A DNA stretch of 64,000 bases from Perna viridis (lineage: Eukaryota). The DNA is taken from the NCBI GenBank assembly GCA_037379345.1, contig CM074521.1, forward strand, positions 186,001 to 250,000, read 5' to 3'. The notes beneath the pieces are model-generated. The model had not been told where the DNA came from and did not search any database. It saw only the letters and a list, made by a program, of their open reading frames with translations. Shown here one piece after another: positions 52,001-63,131 of the stretch (position 1 is the first letter of the stretch; every line of letters starts with the position of its first letter). A program made the position numbers and the translations under genes.

Positions 52001-55000
52001 TCTTATTAAGTCGCCGATCACGAAGTGGCGGAGACTTATTGCTTTTACTGTGTTTCTGCTTCTTGTCATTATTTTAATTCTCCTGTTATAAAAAAAATCA
52101 CTGATTTGTCCGCTGGTTTTATCTGATTGAGATGAAACTTCACAGAAGGTTATAATGACTCTTTGAAAGATTCAGAACTCAAAAATTTGTATTCCAGCTG
52201 CTGCCATTTTTTTCCAAAATTACCGCCGAATTGAAAATACCCATTTTTTTACACGGGAAATTTGAACATCATATATCTCGAAAACTGCTGACCAGAATTT
52301 GACGAAACTTGGTGTATTTATTCAGCTCAATAATTTGAATTACGAATCGATCCACATTTTCAAAATGGCCGCCACCGCGATAAAAATTAAAAGTTGTTCG
52401 ATTTCGGCAAAATGTGATATCCAGGTAGGTTCTTTGCGCTGTCTCGATTTATTATAAGCTGTTCAATTGACAATATATTGTTCAAAAGATTGATCAGGAA
52501 ATGGGAGGCGACTTCTACACATTTCGAGGCAACGTAAATTTTAATTATTATTATTATTATTTTAATTCTCCGGTCATAAAAATTGTTCGAAGTGTCTGCA
52601 CTTTTTCTCAAAAGTGGCTTCTCCGATTGAGATGAAACTTTTCAGGAAGTTAGAACTACTCTTCAAGGGATGCAGAACTTCTAAAAAAACAAATTCCAGA
52701 TGCCGCTATTATTTTAAAAGGCCGCCGGACTGGACGTATCCATTTTTTTACACCGGAAACATCTTATAACTCGACAATTGCTGATCAGAATTTGACGAAA
52801 CTTGACTTGGTGTATATATTAAGCTCAAAAGTAAAAAAAAAAAAAATCACAAAAAAAGTTGTGTGCGTCTCGGCCGCCATTTTCAAAATGGCCACCACTG
52901 CACGCGAAAATTCAAAGCCGTTCGATTTTGGTGACAATTGGTATCTAGGTTTTTTAAGAATCTGCACCTCAATCGATAAATTGAACTACGTATCGACCGA
53001 CTTTTTTAAAATGGCCACCCCCGCGATAAAAATTCGAAGTTGTTCGCTTTCGATGAAATTTGATATGTAAGTTCTTTGCGCTACCTCGATTTTTTATAAG
53101 CAGTTCCATTAACAATATGTTTCTCAAAAGATTGATCGGGAAACAGGGGGCGACTTCTACACGTTTCGTGGAAACGTAAATTTTAATTAACTTTGTATTT
53201 TGTATTCATTGGATTCCGAAACATGAAAGTAATTTAGTAATATCCTTTCAATGTTTAGAATGAGACATAATTCTCATCCTTTGGGTAAACACGTAAAAAA
53301 GACAAAATGTATTTATTTAATGATTCATAATAGGAAACCCTATTGTTTTCATAACAGAGAGGAAAGAAGAACTTGTGAATCGTGATACATTTATCTGTGA
53401 AGGACTTAGTGACACAGCACCGATTGCAGACGACACATTTCAATGTCGACTGACGAATGGAACAAATCTATTTCAAGTTGATTCCGGGGATAGGTATCAG
53501 TTATTAAGAAAGCTATATGACAAAACAATTTTGGGAAGTACACATATCGATAAAAGGTTACACAAATATATTTAAATACAGATATGTAGTACTTGGTAGA
53601 AATTCCTAATCCTTTGTAAAAAAAGATTCCAAATCATCTTCCAAAATTACCGAAGAACATGCTTTGAAAATCCAGGAATTTTTTGTCCAGTGTTGTGGAT
53701 AGATAAAAGGTACTACAGACACAATGAATTCGTCCTCATACCTTGGCCTACACATGTTGAAGGATGGTAATGGAAAACAACTGACCAAACAATACGACAA
53801 ACGCGATGATGTTTCATTCAGTGCTGTCAACTTTCATTTTATCTGAGGCAAGAACCCTTCTACACCTGCGTATGGAGTTTTCATATCACAACTCATACGT
53901 TATGCCAAAGACTTTTTGTTTCGCGATAGACTTCTTACAATTAGGGTTTTGGAACAGGGTTACAAGATTGAAGTCATCACTTTAAAAGTTTTATGCTTGT
54001 CATCGTATACTCGTTGATCGTTACACTGTAACAATCAGCACCATGAGAATTGATTTTGTCAACGTGTCATAATTTTCCTTTCATCTTTTGTACCCTCAAG
54101 TCTTGATTTTTATGAGCTACTCGGCAGGTGCTTTTAAATAAGTAGAGGATGCTTCCGCTACCAGTTCAGCTAGCCCAGTGGAGTTGCTCATTTACCTTTT
54201 TGAATTGTACCTGTTATTTTGGTCATTTAATATCCTTTGTTGTGTTTGTCTATTTTTCCTTTCTTATCTTTGTCACATTCTTTTGGTATCTATTAGAACC
54301 TTGGTTCCATTGATTACTCTTTGAAAATCAAGACGATATTGTGGAGTATCCATTATTATGTCTATCCACCAGTCCGTTCTGTAATCTCCTACATATAAAT
54401 TCACATCATCACGAATCATAATTTGAAGGATGTTTAGTTACTATATAAATATCATGAAAGTCGACATTCCGATTTACTTCTGCAGTTCTTGTGTGTTCCA
54501 AGTCTGGCGGTAGGATGATGATTAACATTTAGTACTGCGTAGCACGATGTTATATTTCAATGTCATTACAGGTACGTTCTAACTTACACAGTTAAAACCG
54601 GCGGTTACAGAGAACTGATAGACACAAACACTAATAACCTGTATAGCTCAGAAACTTATCAAGGTATTAAATCAAAAAGCACCATGGAGTTCCGGTTTGA
54701 CCGAGATGCTCCGATACACTGCAGCGAGAGTAGTTCATGTCTCGGTAACCAACCACCGTTTAAACTTGAAAAGGATATAACAAAGGTGTTTATATGTAGA
54801 TGTTTTTTTAAAACATTTTGTTTACCAAAACGTTCAATAAATCGGATTTACTTCGAAATCTAATATCAAAGTAAAACGTTTAATGATAGTTGTCATATTC
54901 TAATTAAACACAAACTTGAAAAGGCATAAATTTGTCGGTGCTTATTCATTACTTTAGGGACCAAACAATTATTAAACTTCGTGTCAAATGCTTAAAATCA

Positions 55001-58000
55001 TACTACAACGTAGCTAATTACAAAAAAAAAAAAAAAAAATACCAGTTTTATATATTATAAGTTTCGATATGATGTACACGTATTTCAAGGAGTAATATCT
55101 CAACAGCACATTTAAATCAATTTTTTAGGAAGATCTTAATCAAAATATTAGCTGTATACAAGAAGTATTTAAAACCAAAACTATCGAACGAGGAAGCCAA
55201 ATCCATCATCAAAAGGTTCTACCATATGCATTGCAAGGAATGAAGCCTCAGTGTTTTATATATTTTTAAATTTGGAATACTGCAAGATTTCATAAATAGG
55301 GTAGATAAAATAATGATATATTTCGGGGTCAGACAAGTCTGACAACCGTGTTGGTGAATATCCTCGGGGACCTCAGGTTTAATCGTTTCAATGACATAAA
55401 TGCCACGATGGAAGTACTTTAGTATTGAAATGAAACCGTATGAAAAACCATTTTACATGATAAAGTTGACGAACTGTAAAAACAATACAAACATAAAGGT
55501 GCTTGTTGATCTAATCAACGATTCCTGAATATCATACTTATTATCTAATTGTTGGTCATTTCAGGAATCCTTGAAACCTAGCTGGTTTGGGTGGACAGAC
55601 CACTTATCAGGTATCGTCAGATATTCCTTTGAAGTTTGGAAAATGGAGTACAGTCATGATTATGACGTTTTGAGGGAACCTAATATTAGAAGAAATATCA
55701 ACCCAGTCCCAGATTATATTACCAGTCAGGATTCAGGTAACAGCAACCGTCCTGTCTATGAACCTAAAGTACCTGGTGTATATTCGACAATTTTAGAGGT
55801 GGTTGATATGGCCAATAACTCCCGGTACGCCAGGAGAATAGCTATTTATGATAAGACTTCTAATATAACAACAAGGTCAGAATTTCCATTGTACGTCATT
55901 TCCGCTAATAACGAGTCCAACTATAAGTGGCAGACGACGCCGAATTCCGGAAGTAATCCAAGCGATACAATCACATTAGAGATATCATGGAAAGATCATT
56001 TCATCAATCAAATACATGAAAATGGACACTTCTTGGCAAAGATCCAGTCTTACGAGCCGCGACTCAGTGACGATATCGACAGGATAGATTATAAGAAAAT
56101 TGATCCTCAGTTTGATGACAACGAGGGAAACAGAACAGTTGCAGCCATTCCAAACGTCAACTCCATCGTAAAGTTTGAGTTTAATTATGGCACGGTCACT
56201 TCAAGCGTTCCACCAAGCGGATGGGAAATCATCCCTCTACAAGAACCAAAAAAAACTAAAAGACTTACAGGAGAAACTATTAAGGACGGAGATTTCCGCA
56301 AGATATGGGTTAGAGCTCACGACATCATGGGGAATACCAATGTAGACTCTGTTGTCATAGGCTTTGATAACACTCCGCCCCTTGTGTACGATACATCGAA
56401 CGCTGTACAGAAGAATGTTGATGACGGAAAGTATCCCTTTTCTAGCAGGTAAGTAAAACAATTGAAATCATTCCTATTAAACGTTATTAAATCGTATTAA
56501 ATGTATCCAGTACGTGTCTACTATAATTGTTTTACACGACTTCATTCCCATGTCCTATTAATTTCTTATTGTGAAAACGTTTATTTATATATGTCGGTCT
56601 TAAGCGAATAGTAAATTGAATATGTGAATATCATATATTTTTGTGTCACTTCTGAAATCGATTAACATTGATCACACAGGATATTTGATAAACATAAATT
56701 AATAAATATTCTAAATTTTGAAAAAGAACGTCATATACACTAAAGGGGAGTCAATGCAAAAATCAGGCAGTGGGAGGCACAGGACAAATTTAGTTTTAAA
56801 AAAGTCGCACATTTCATACCAGCAATGCATCCTTTTTCAACGTTGAGTGTTTGTTTTTGATTGCCTTCAACGATTAGAGAAATAAATAACAAAGAAAGCA
56901 TTGAAATTCATACATTAAGAAACGGAGATAGCCTTTCATTTGAACAAAACGTGTTTGTTTCGTTAGGAAGATTTAAAGTCAGTGTCTGATCCATTCATTG
57001 TCGATTAAAACAAATCTTATACTAGTGGACAAACACATCTAAATGCATTACATTGGAACAAAATATCCAGTTGGATAAAATTTACCCTGCGTCAAACATA
57101 TCACAGAATCTGCGCAATTTTAACATGGACAACCTCTTAACTAACATGTATCTTAAATTACGTTTGATTCAGAATAATGGTTAGTGGTGAAGATAGAGAT
57201 AGTGGTATTAGTAAAGTTTCCTTCAAATTCATTGTAAGCGATACTGGAGAGATCAAATCACAACATGACTTCACGATACATCCAAAATCACCAGTAAGTA
57301 ATGTCATATCTAATTTACCGTTAAAAATTGAAATAGTTCTAATAATGCAACCGCAATTACAGAAAAATCATCGGTAACTTGTTACTGCTGTCAGAATCAT
57401 CGGTAAGTTATTACTGCTACCAGAATCATCTATAAGTTGTTTTGTAGTAAAAATTATTTGTAAGTTGTTATTGTGGTTACTATCGTTAGTAAGGAATGGT
57501 ACAAGCACAATCATAATGAGTTATTTTATAATCCCATGAGAAGAAATGAATGACAAAAAAAAATGGTAAAGTCATTATCACCAGTGAGTATAATATGCTG
57601 TGTAATCTGTAAGAGAGTGAAATTGAATAAATTAATATTTTGATATATAAATTATTGGAAAATCTTGAATCGATGCGAGGCTGCAAGTTTGTGATGCAAA
57701 TGTGGTCGCTCCCTCGATTTGAACCCCTTCTCTACTTTAACAACTTTGGCAACAACGACGCCTGCATTAAATCCAACGCTCTAGATTACTGTGGCAACTA
57801 ATATATATAAATATATGGCTTTCATTAACCGAGTAATAAATCTTCGAAAGTAGGTCTAGAGTGTGAACATTAGCAGATGATTATAACAGGATAGTGTTTC
57901 TGATGGTATCGGGTAAGACAGTAGAAAATATGAATCGAAATACAGGTACAACAACACCTAATAATTTACATAGAAACATTACTATATAGACATGTGTCAT

Positions 58001-61000
58001 ACTCGACTAGGATCAACATATGATGTTGATGCAAGGATGCGTATACATATATATTATATACAAGTGTTAAGTCATCCAAACTCTGGAATCGATGCGAGGG
58101 CGAATTTGGTGACTTTCTCAGCGGGATTCGAATGCCTGCGTTTAGTCCAACGTTCTAGACCACTCGGCCAACTAGGCTATAAATACAGTTTTTTTATATA
58201 ACCGATTGATATTTCCTCGAAAGTTAATCGATAGTGTGGACATAAGCACATGTTGTAGACCTTGATTGCTATATCGAAAAGAAAACCTTTGGAGGTATCG
58301 GGAAACACAGCAGGGTATCTGAACGTAAATACAATATAAGCGATATCTATTACGAACCATTGCTTTAAGACCACAAACCAGGTAAGTATGATAAAAAATA
58401 TGACCTCAACCGTTATAAAATATAAAACATGGTACGGACTCAATCTACAGTAAGTATCATATATGATACGGTCGTAATTTTTGGTAGGTATTTTACATAA
58501 CACGGAGGCAATTGTCGGTAAGTATATTACATGATCGAGTCACAATTGTCAAATTGTATCAAAAATGATACGGTTACAATTCACAGCACGTATCGTACAT
58601 GGTACGGTCACAATTGTCGGTAGATTTTGTACATAAAAGAGACGCAGTTGTCTAGTACAATACATGATCTAGTCACACTCGTCAATAAGACATGTTAGTG
58701 TCATAACCACAGAAAGGTTTTGATAGAGATACAATTACCAGTAAATAATGACTAAAGCACAACTGATAATTGGCAGATGATTTATCACGATATCTTTTTT
58801 TAAAAGGGAAATAAATAAAAAACCAATGGATGCATTAGGAAATCTTGCAGTATTCCAAATAAAAAAATAAAAATACGTAAAACACCGAGGCTTTGTTCCT
58901 TACATTGCATATGGTAGAACCATTCGGTGATGGATTTGGCTTCCTCTATCGATAGATTTGATTATGAGTACTTCTTGTATACAACTAATATTTTGATTAT
59001 GATCTTCCTACATATTTGATTTTAATGCTGCTGATGAGAGGTAATCCTTGAAACACGTGTACCGAAAATTTACAATATATAAAACTGGTATTTTTTTTTG
59101 TATTTTACATCTATATGTGTTGGTCATTACTGAAAATTTGTCTTAAAAAAGGATAAATCACGTTTTGATTAACGTTACATAAAATACGCCGATACCCTAA
59201 CAGATAAACACATACAAATGTTCGCTTTAACGACTTTTAGAAATATAAAAAACCAGAAATTAAAAAAAAAGAAAGAAAAAGTAAAAAAGAAAAATAATGA
59301 TAAAAAATACGAGGAAAATATTTGTGTAGAAAAACGTGTTGATATACTAACAGTCACTAAGTATATTAGGTGTAAACTTGTGTGTATTAAAATATCAATA
59401 TAGAATGTCTGTACACATACATTTCCAAATTCAATTTGTTTTTATTTTATTTAGGGAGGAGGCTGCCCAGGGTCAAACTGTTATTGTCTCAATCAACACT
59501 GCTACGAGGAGCAAACGGTTCTTGAGATGAACAATTGTTGGCTTAGAGTTCCAATTGACAGAGTAAAAAACGAGGCTCACGAACTTGAGATAACAGTATA
59601 TAACTCAGCAATGTTATCAAGTTCACGCAATTTAAAGGTGTGTGATACATTTAAATTAATAATATAGATAAAATAAGATACCCTTGCATTAAGTATATTT
59701 TATCGAGGCGTCAGTTGTATATATATATAAACATATACACACTCATTTCCCTACACTGCTCCAACGGATCAAATACAGGGAAGATAACGTATTCATAGAA
59801 GTTCTGAAAAAATCAAATCGATTTTAGAACTGTCAAATTTGCGAGGCAATTTTTTGATTGTTCCTTCCGTGGGACTCGAACTCGTACCGCTGTGACATCT
59901 TTGGCAACACCGCCTGCACTACATCACTTGGACATCTAGGCTATATAACATATAGCTTTCACTGGTCGGGTCATCCCTCCTCGTATGATAAATCACGGGT
60001 TGTAACTTAGGACACGATGTATGTTAGTAAGGAACAGCTCATCTAGGTGTTTTTATCTAGGATAGAAGACCAAATTAACAATACATGTCACAACAAATCA
60101 ATATTATATATACGTCTAAGAATGTTACGAGTCTATTTGCTTCACTGCTCAAGATATACTCTGATTAAATGTACATGTAAAATTAGCGCAAATCACGTGA
60201 ACGTCCAATAAATTATGTGATCAAAGTAACAGTAATCTCAGATCATCATATTATATGAATTTGATTTCAGCTTGGAACGGTTGACGCATTTGATGGCATT
60301 CAAGAATGTTAGTACCTTAACAAATAGGAATGTAAATGTTTAATTTAACATCGTAGAAAACAGTGTGCATCTATAGAATCGGAATGTGTACTACAAACAA
60401 AGAAAAAGAAAAAGAAAGAACACACGTGTTGTGATTAATCGGGGGATTATAATTTTGCAATATGCTAAATTTTGAAAAAGCCCATAATCTTGAATATCTT
60501 TTACATCATTTGATACTTTAAATGGTTTAGAATATCTAAAAGAAATTCATCTGTCTTATGTTTTAGTTTCAAATTTTAAATGCGATTTAATAATTCTGAC
60601 TATATGACTCTTCATTCTCTCTTAATGTGTATGTATTAAGAGACCACAGGTTCCTGGATAATATTCACCTCCCCTTTAGTCCTGTCAGATTTGTTTTGTA
60701 TTGAGAAAAGAGAAATTTATCCCGTCTTGTTTTTGTTACAAGTTTATATTTTTTCATAGATTATAGCCCCTCAAATATTACTGTGCATGACACCACTGAC
60801 ACGTCATTAAGTATCAGTTGGATCCAGGCACCTACTTGCTATGAACGTGCTGGAATTTTGATTCGACTCTTTCGACCCGACAACACATCACAGGACTTTA
60901 AGGTTCACAAGGACGCCACATCATTTGACCTGACAGGACTTTCGGCGACGACCCATTACTGGTTTGAACTATACACCAAGTACGGCAACGATACAAACTT

Positions 61001-61649
61001 TCTTATGAGTGGTTCTCCAGCCATTTTGAAGTTTAGGACAACTGAACCACGTAAGTAATGTTTATTTACTTTTTTGTTATTAAAACATTGTTAGGGTGTA
61101 ATTTCTTCATTATTAAAAACAAACTTGTTTGGATTGATAATAATATGAAGAACAACTTATTATTTGTACAGTTTGGAGAGAGACACCTTTATTTGCGGGG
61201 GCACCGTTATTGGTGGACGCCGTTTTTGTAGAGGCAGGGCATAGACCTTTTGAAAAGAAGTATAAATTGTGCCAAGTCACATTGTCAAGTGTTGTAAATA
61301 ATGTCACTTTTTACAAAAGCACCTTCATTCAGATACATGTGTAGCGCTTGTCAATATAGCTGAAGTATGTACTAGGTACATGCATTCATCGCTCTTTAAA
61401 ATTGTAGTATACTTGTGAGAACACTGTGTCGTCCGATTCTGTTTCTTCTATTATCGCATTAAGTACCCAGAATAATCTAAAAAAATTGAAACAATTCTTC
61501 GAAAATATAATAAGTTTGACTCTTTGTAAAACCGTTAGTTTTAAAAGTGAAATGATTTGGATCATACCAGGACGTTTATACAGGATGACTTTAATTAATT
61601 GCAGTAACTAGTGGACTGCCTCCTGGTGGTGTCGGAGGATTATCTGCAG
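40002..61649 (+). CDS. Multi-exon gene (incomplete at 3' end): signal peptide-EMI-2xEGF-unassigned ectodomain-FN3 protein, probably a cell-surface receptor or adhesion protein; 14 exons, 2653 coding nt (~884 aa) in the window
   Basis: Exons 40002-40069, 44743-44811, 45205-45302, 49443-49538, 50009-50119, 51238-51537, 53358-53493, 54572-54785, 55565-56448, 57173-57293, 59455-59637, 60271-60307, 60760-61050, 61605-61649. All introns are GT-AG, all phases are compatible, and there are no internal stops. Confidence 0.88.
43362..44450. repeat. Interspersed non-autonomous repeat (TTAGCTCAC... start) split by a PLE 3' fragment at ~43870-44328
   Basis: An internal sub-repeat (GCATATATCT-CCAAAACC at ~43590) recurs split across the insertion; the insert aligns with 32350-32808. 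Confidence 0.7.
44743..44811 (+). CDS. Exon 2: N-terminal half of EMI domain ([23 protein letters not shown])
   Basis: ACTAAC branch point, CAG acceptor, GTAAGC donor, phase 2-2. Confidence 0.85.
45205..45302 (+). CDS. Exon 3: C-terminal half of EMI domain (...QTYCCPGW...DCTI)
   Basis: CCxGW motif; CAG acceptor and GTAAGT donor. Confidence 0.88.
45342..48609 (-). mobile_element. Internally deleted Ty3/gypsy LTR retrotransposon of Gmr1 type (integrase before RT)
   Basis: TG...CA LTRs at 47861-48609 and 45342-45476 (the latter internally deleted); GTAC TSD at 45338-41 and 48610-13; G-rich PPT at 45477-45484; RT motifs ([29 protein letters not shown]); RNase H ending ...PDASSRS* directly before the PPT; integrase C-terminal relic at ~47340-47440. 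Confidence 0.92.
47839..47855 (-). promoter_or_regulatory. Primer-binding site complementary to the tRNA-Pro 3' end
   Basis: Minus strand TGGGAGCTCGTCCGGGA versus canonical TGGGGGCTCGTCCGGGA (1 mismatch), 5 nt from the 5' LTR. Confidence 0.88.
49443..49538 (+). CDS. Exon 4: EGF-like domain ([32 protein letters not shown])
   Basis: Six-Cys EGF spacing, phase 1-1. Confidence 0.9.
49676..49903. repeat. Short element with inverted GC-rich ends (GGCGGATCC ... GAATCCGCC)
   Basis: Terminal inverted motif; G-runs and a GGGCG/CGCCC hairpin near the right end. Confidence 0.65.
50009..50119 (+). CDS. Exon 5: EGF-like domain ([12 protein letters not shown]...[12 protein letters not shown])
   Basis: Six-Cys EGF spacing, phase 1-1, GTAAGT donor. 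Confidence 0.9.
51238..51537 (+). CDS. Exon 6 of the EMI-EGF-FN3 gene
   Basis: 300 nt open, TTTCAG acceptor and GTGAG donor; lies inside ORF 51156-51656. Confidence 0.85.
52004..53190 (+). mobile_element. Two tandem copies of a Helentron/HINE-like non-autonomous element
   Basis: 5' AAGTCGCC within a hairpin; complementary GGCGACTT at ~52507 and ~53149, each followed by a 3' stem-loop (ACGTTTC-GTG-GAAACGT); the two halves align. Confidence 0.7.
53358..53493 (+). CDS. Exon 7 of the EMI-EGF-FN3 gene
   Basis: Phase 1-2; overlaps ORF 53375-53575. Confidence 0.82.
53570..54322 (+). mobile_element. Diverged, deleted Penelope-like element 3' portion
   Basis: Aligns in pieces with 31770-32808 ([20 protein letters not shown], same 3' tip TTGATTACTCT). 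Confidence 0.85.
54572..54785 (+). CDS. Exon 8 of the EMI-EGF-FN3 gene ([12 protein letters not shown]...FDRDAPIHC...DITK)
   Basis: Phase 2-0, open frame. Confidence 0.85.
55032..55291 (-). repeat. ~260-bp repeat, inverted partner of 58839-59099
   Basis: Reverse complement aligns along its length (TTCTACCATATGCA, AGGAAGCCAAATCCATCA, TTGGAATACTGCAAGATTTC). Confidence 0.9.
55565..56448 (+). CDS. Exon 9 (884 nt), beta-rich ectodomain repeats
   Basis: Matches ORF 55571-56452; TTCAG acceptor and GTAAGT donor; recurring W..D..SG and D..GN motifs. Confidence 0.92.
57173..57293 (+). CDS. Exon 10 of the EMI-EGF-FN3 gene
   Basis: Phase 2-0; TTCAG acceptor and GTAAGT donor. Confidence 0.85.
57660..58260 (-). 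mobile_element. Two degenerate tRNA-derived SINE-like copies
   Basis: Reverse B-box-like motifs (GATTTGAACC at ~57716, GGGATTCGAA at ~58123); shared blocks with 59780-60060. Confidence 0.55.
58839..59099 (+). repeat. ~260-bp repeat with a degenerate minimal hammerhead ribozyme motif (probable PLE terminal repeat relic)
   Basis: CTGATGA-GAGG TAAT CCTT-GAAA-C ACGT G-TA at 59031-59061. Confidence 0.7.
59455..59637 (+). CDS. Exon 11 ([17 protein letters not shown]...RNLK)
   Basis: 183 nt, phase 0-0, long pyrimidine tract before the acceptor. Confidence 0.85.
59780..60060 (-). mobile_element. tRNA-derived SINE-like copy
   Basis: GGGACTCGAAC (reverse GTTCGAGTCCC B-box) at ~59871; CTTTGGCAAC and CTAGGCTATA blocks shared with 57660-58260. 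Confidence 0.6.
60271..60307 (+). CDS. Exon 12 (37-nt small exon, [12 protein letters not shown])
   Basis: TTTCAG acceptor and GTTAGT donor; supplies the required phase 0-to-1 change. Confidence 0.75.
60760..61050 (+). CDS. Exon 13: fibronectin type III domain
   Basis: PSNITV...TDTSLSISW...[15 protein letters not shown]...FRT pattern, phase 1-1. Confidence 0.92.
61605..61649 (+). CDS. Exon 14 ([16 protein letters not shown]), probable juxtamembrane linker
   Basis: TTGCAG acceptor and GTACGT donor, 45 nt, phase 1-1. Confidence 0.7.
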
Positions 61650-62185
61650 GTACGTAATACAATGACTAGTGGTTACATGTAACCCTTTAGTGGTGTCGGA
61701 GGATTATCTGCAGGTACGTAATACAATGACTAGTGGTTACATGTAACCCTTTAGTGGTATCGGAGGATTATCTGCAGGTACGTAATACAATGACTAGTGG
61801 TTACATGTAACCCTTTAGTGGTATCGGAGGATTATCTGAAGGTAAGTAGATACAGTGACTAACGGTTTACCGCCTGGTAGTGTCGTATGATTATCTGTGT
61901 AACTACAATGACCAGTAGTTTAACCCCCTGGTGGTTTTGTACGAATTATCTGGAAGTAAGTATTGACAAGTGATAAACACCATTGTGATGTTGGATGGTT
62001 ATCTGCAGTTACGTAACTACAATATTTAGTGTGGTACCCGTTGATTTTGTCGGTGGATACCTGCAGGTACATAGCTACAATGACTAGTGTCCCCTTGTGA
62101 TGTCGAAGGATTAACTACTGGTACCTAACTACAGTGACTTGTGCTTTTACCCTTTGTAGTTGTTGGATTATCTTAAGGTACGTAT
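61606..62185 (+). repeat. 64-bp minisatellite built from exon 14 and its splice donor
   Basis: AG|GT recurs at 61650, 61714, 61778 and 61842 (period 64), followed by about 5 more diverged units. Confidence 0.9.
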
Positions 62186-62877
62186 CACAAATGTTTTCCA
62201 TGCCAAATTCGGAAGAAGAAACAGTTGTTAGTTAGGTAGAACAAGTCACCACAGATGTGAATAAGGATTATCTGGGCCATTGTAATCAGCAAGTAGTAAT
62301 TATGATGTGACCGGGTTTGATTTGCATGATACATTTCTTTAATCCTTCATTCATACATTCATTCATCAATCGATCCGTCCCTCTATCAATTCATCCCTTC
62401 ATTCATTACTTCTATCATATTGACGACTACCACAGACTATATTTAACGGTATATGCCTTACGCGCTAAACTAACTGACTGCCTGAGCACTCGCACTACAT
62501 TGGTTTTTAAATCGAATAGGACACTATTCTTTGTCAAGTAGTTTATCACATATATGGCGTATCAGTGACATTGCCGTCTCTCAGGGAGTTATCTAAATAT
62601 TAATATTTGTTAAATTCATTTTGGTGTATAAGTTTATTATTAGAAGAGTTAATGTACAGATTGTATTCTTGTATATTTAGCCTAAAACGTCTCGCTTTTG
62701 TATAGAAAACTCTGAACTTTGGAAATTGAATTTAGCTGTGATTCGAACATTGGCATATTTCTTAATAACAAAAAATAGTTTACTTTGCGGCAATATTTAT
62801 ATAAAGTATGCATGTTACATGTATTGCATGTTCTTTAATATCCTAGGTTACAAATTATTCATATCATTATTGTTTGA

Positions 62878-63131
62878 GAGTTTATTAATTTTGCTCGAAT
62901 TTATTTGCATTTTAGAATTGTAAATGCAGAGTCATAATATGTACTTTTTGAATGAAATTATATTTCCTTAGATGGCCCAATGTGAAGCAGTTGCCATATT
63001 TATACATTAGCAGACCCACACCCATCATTTCCACTGCAACATTTGGAAAGTTTATTGATTTTGGTCGAATTTATTTGCATTTTAGAATTGTAAATGCAGA
63101 ACCATAATATGTACTTTCAGAATGAAATTAA
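62878..63131. repeat. ~80-bp direct duplication (~62878-62960 and ~63048-63131)
   Basis: TCGAATTTATTTGCATTTTAGAATTGTAAATGCAGA is identical in both copies. Confidence 0.85.
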
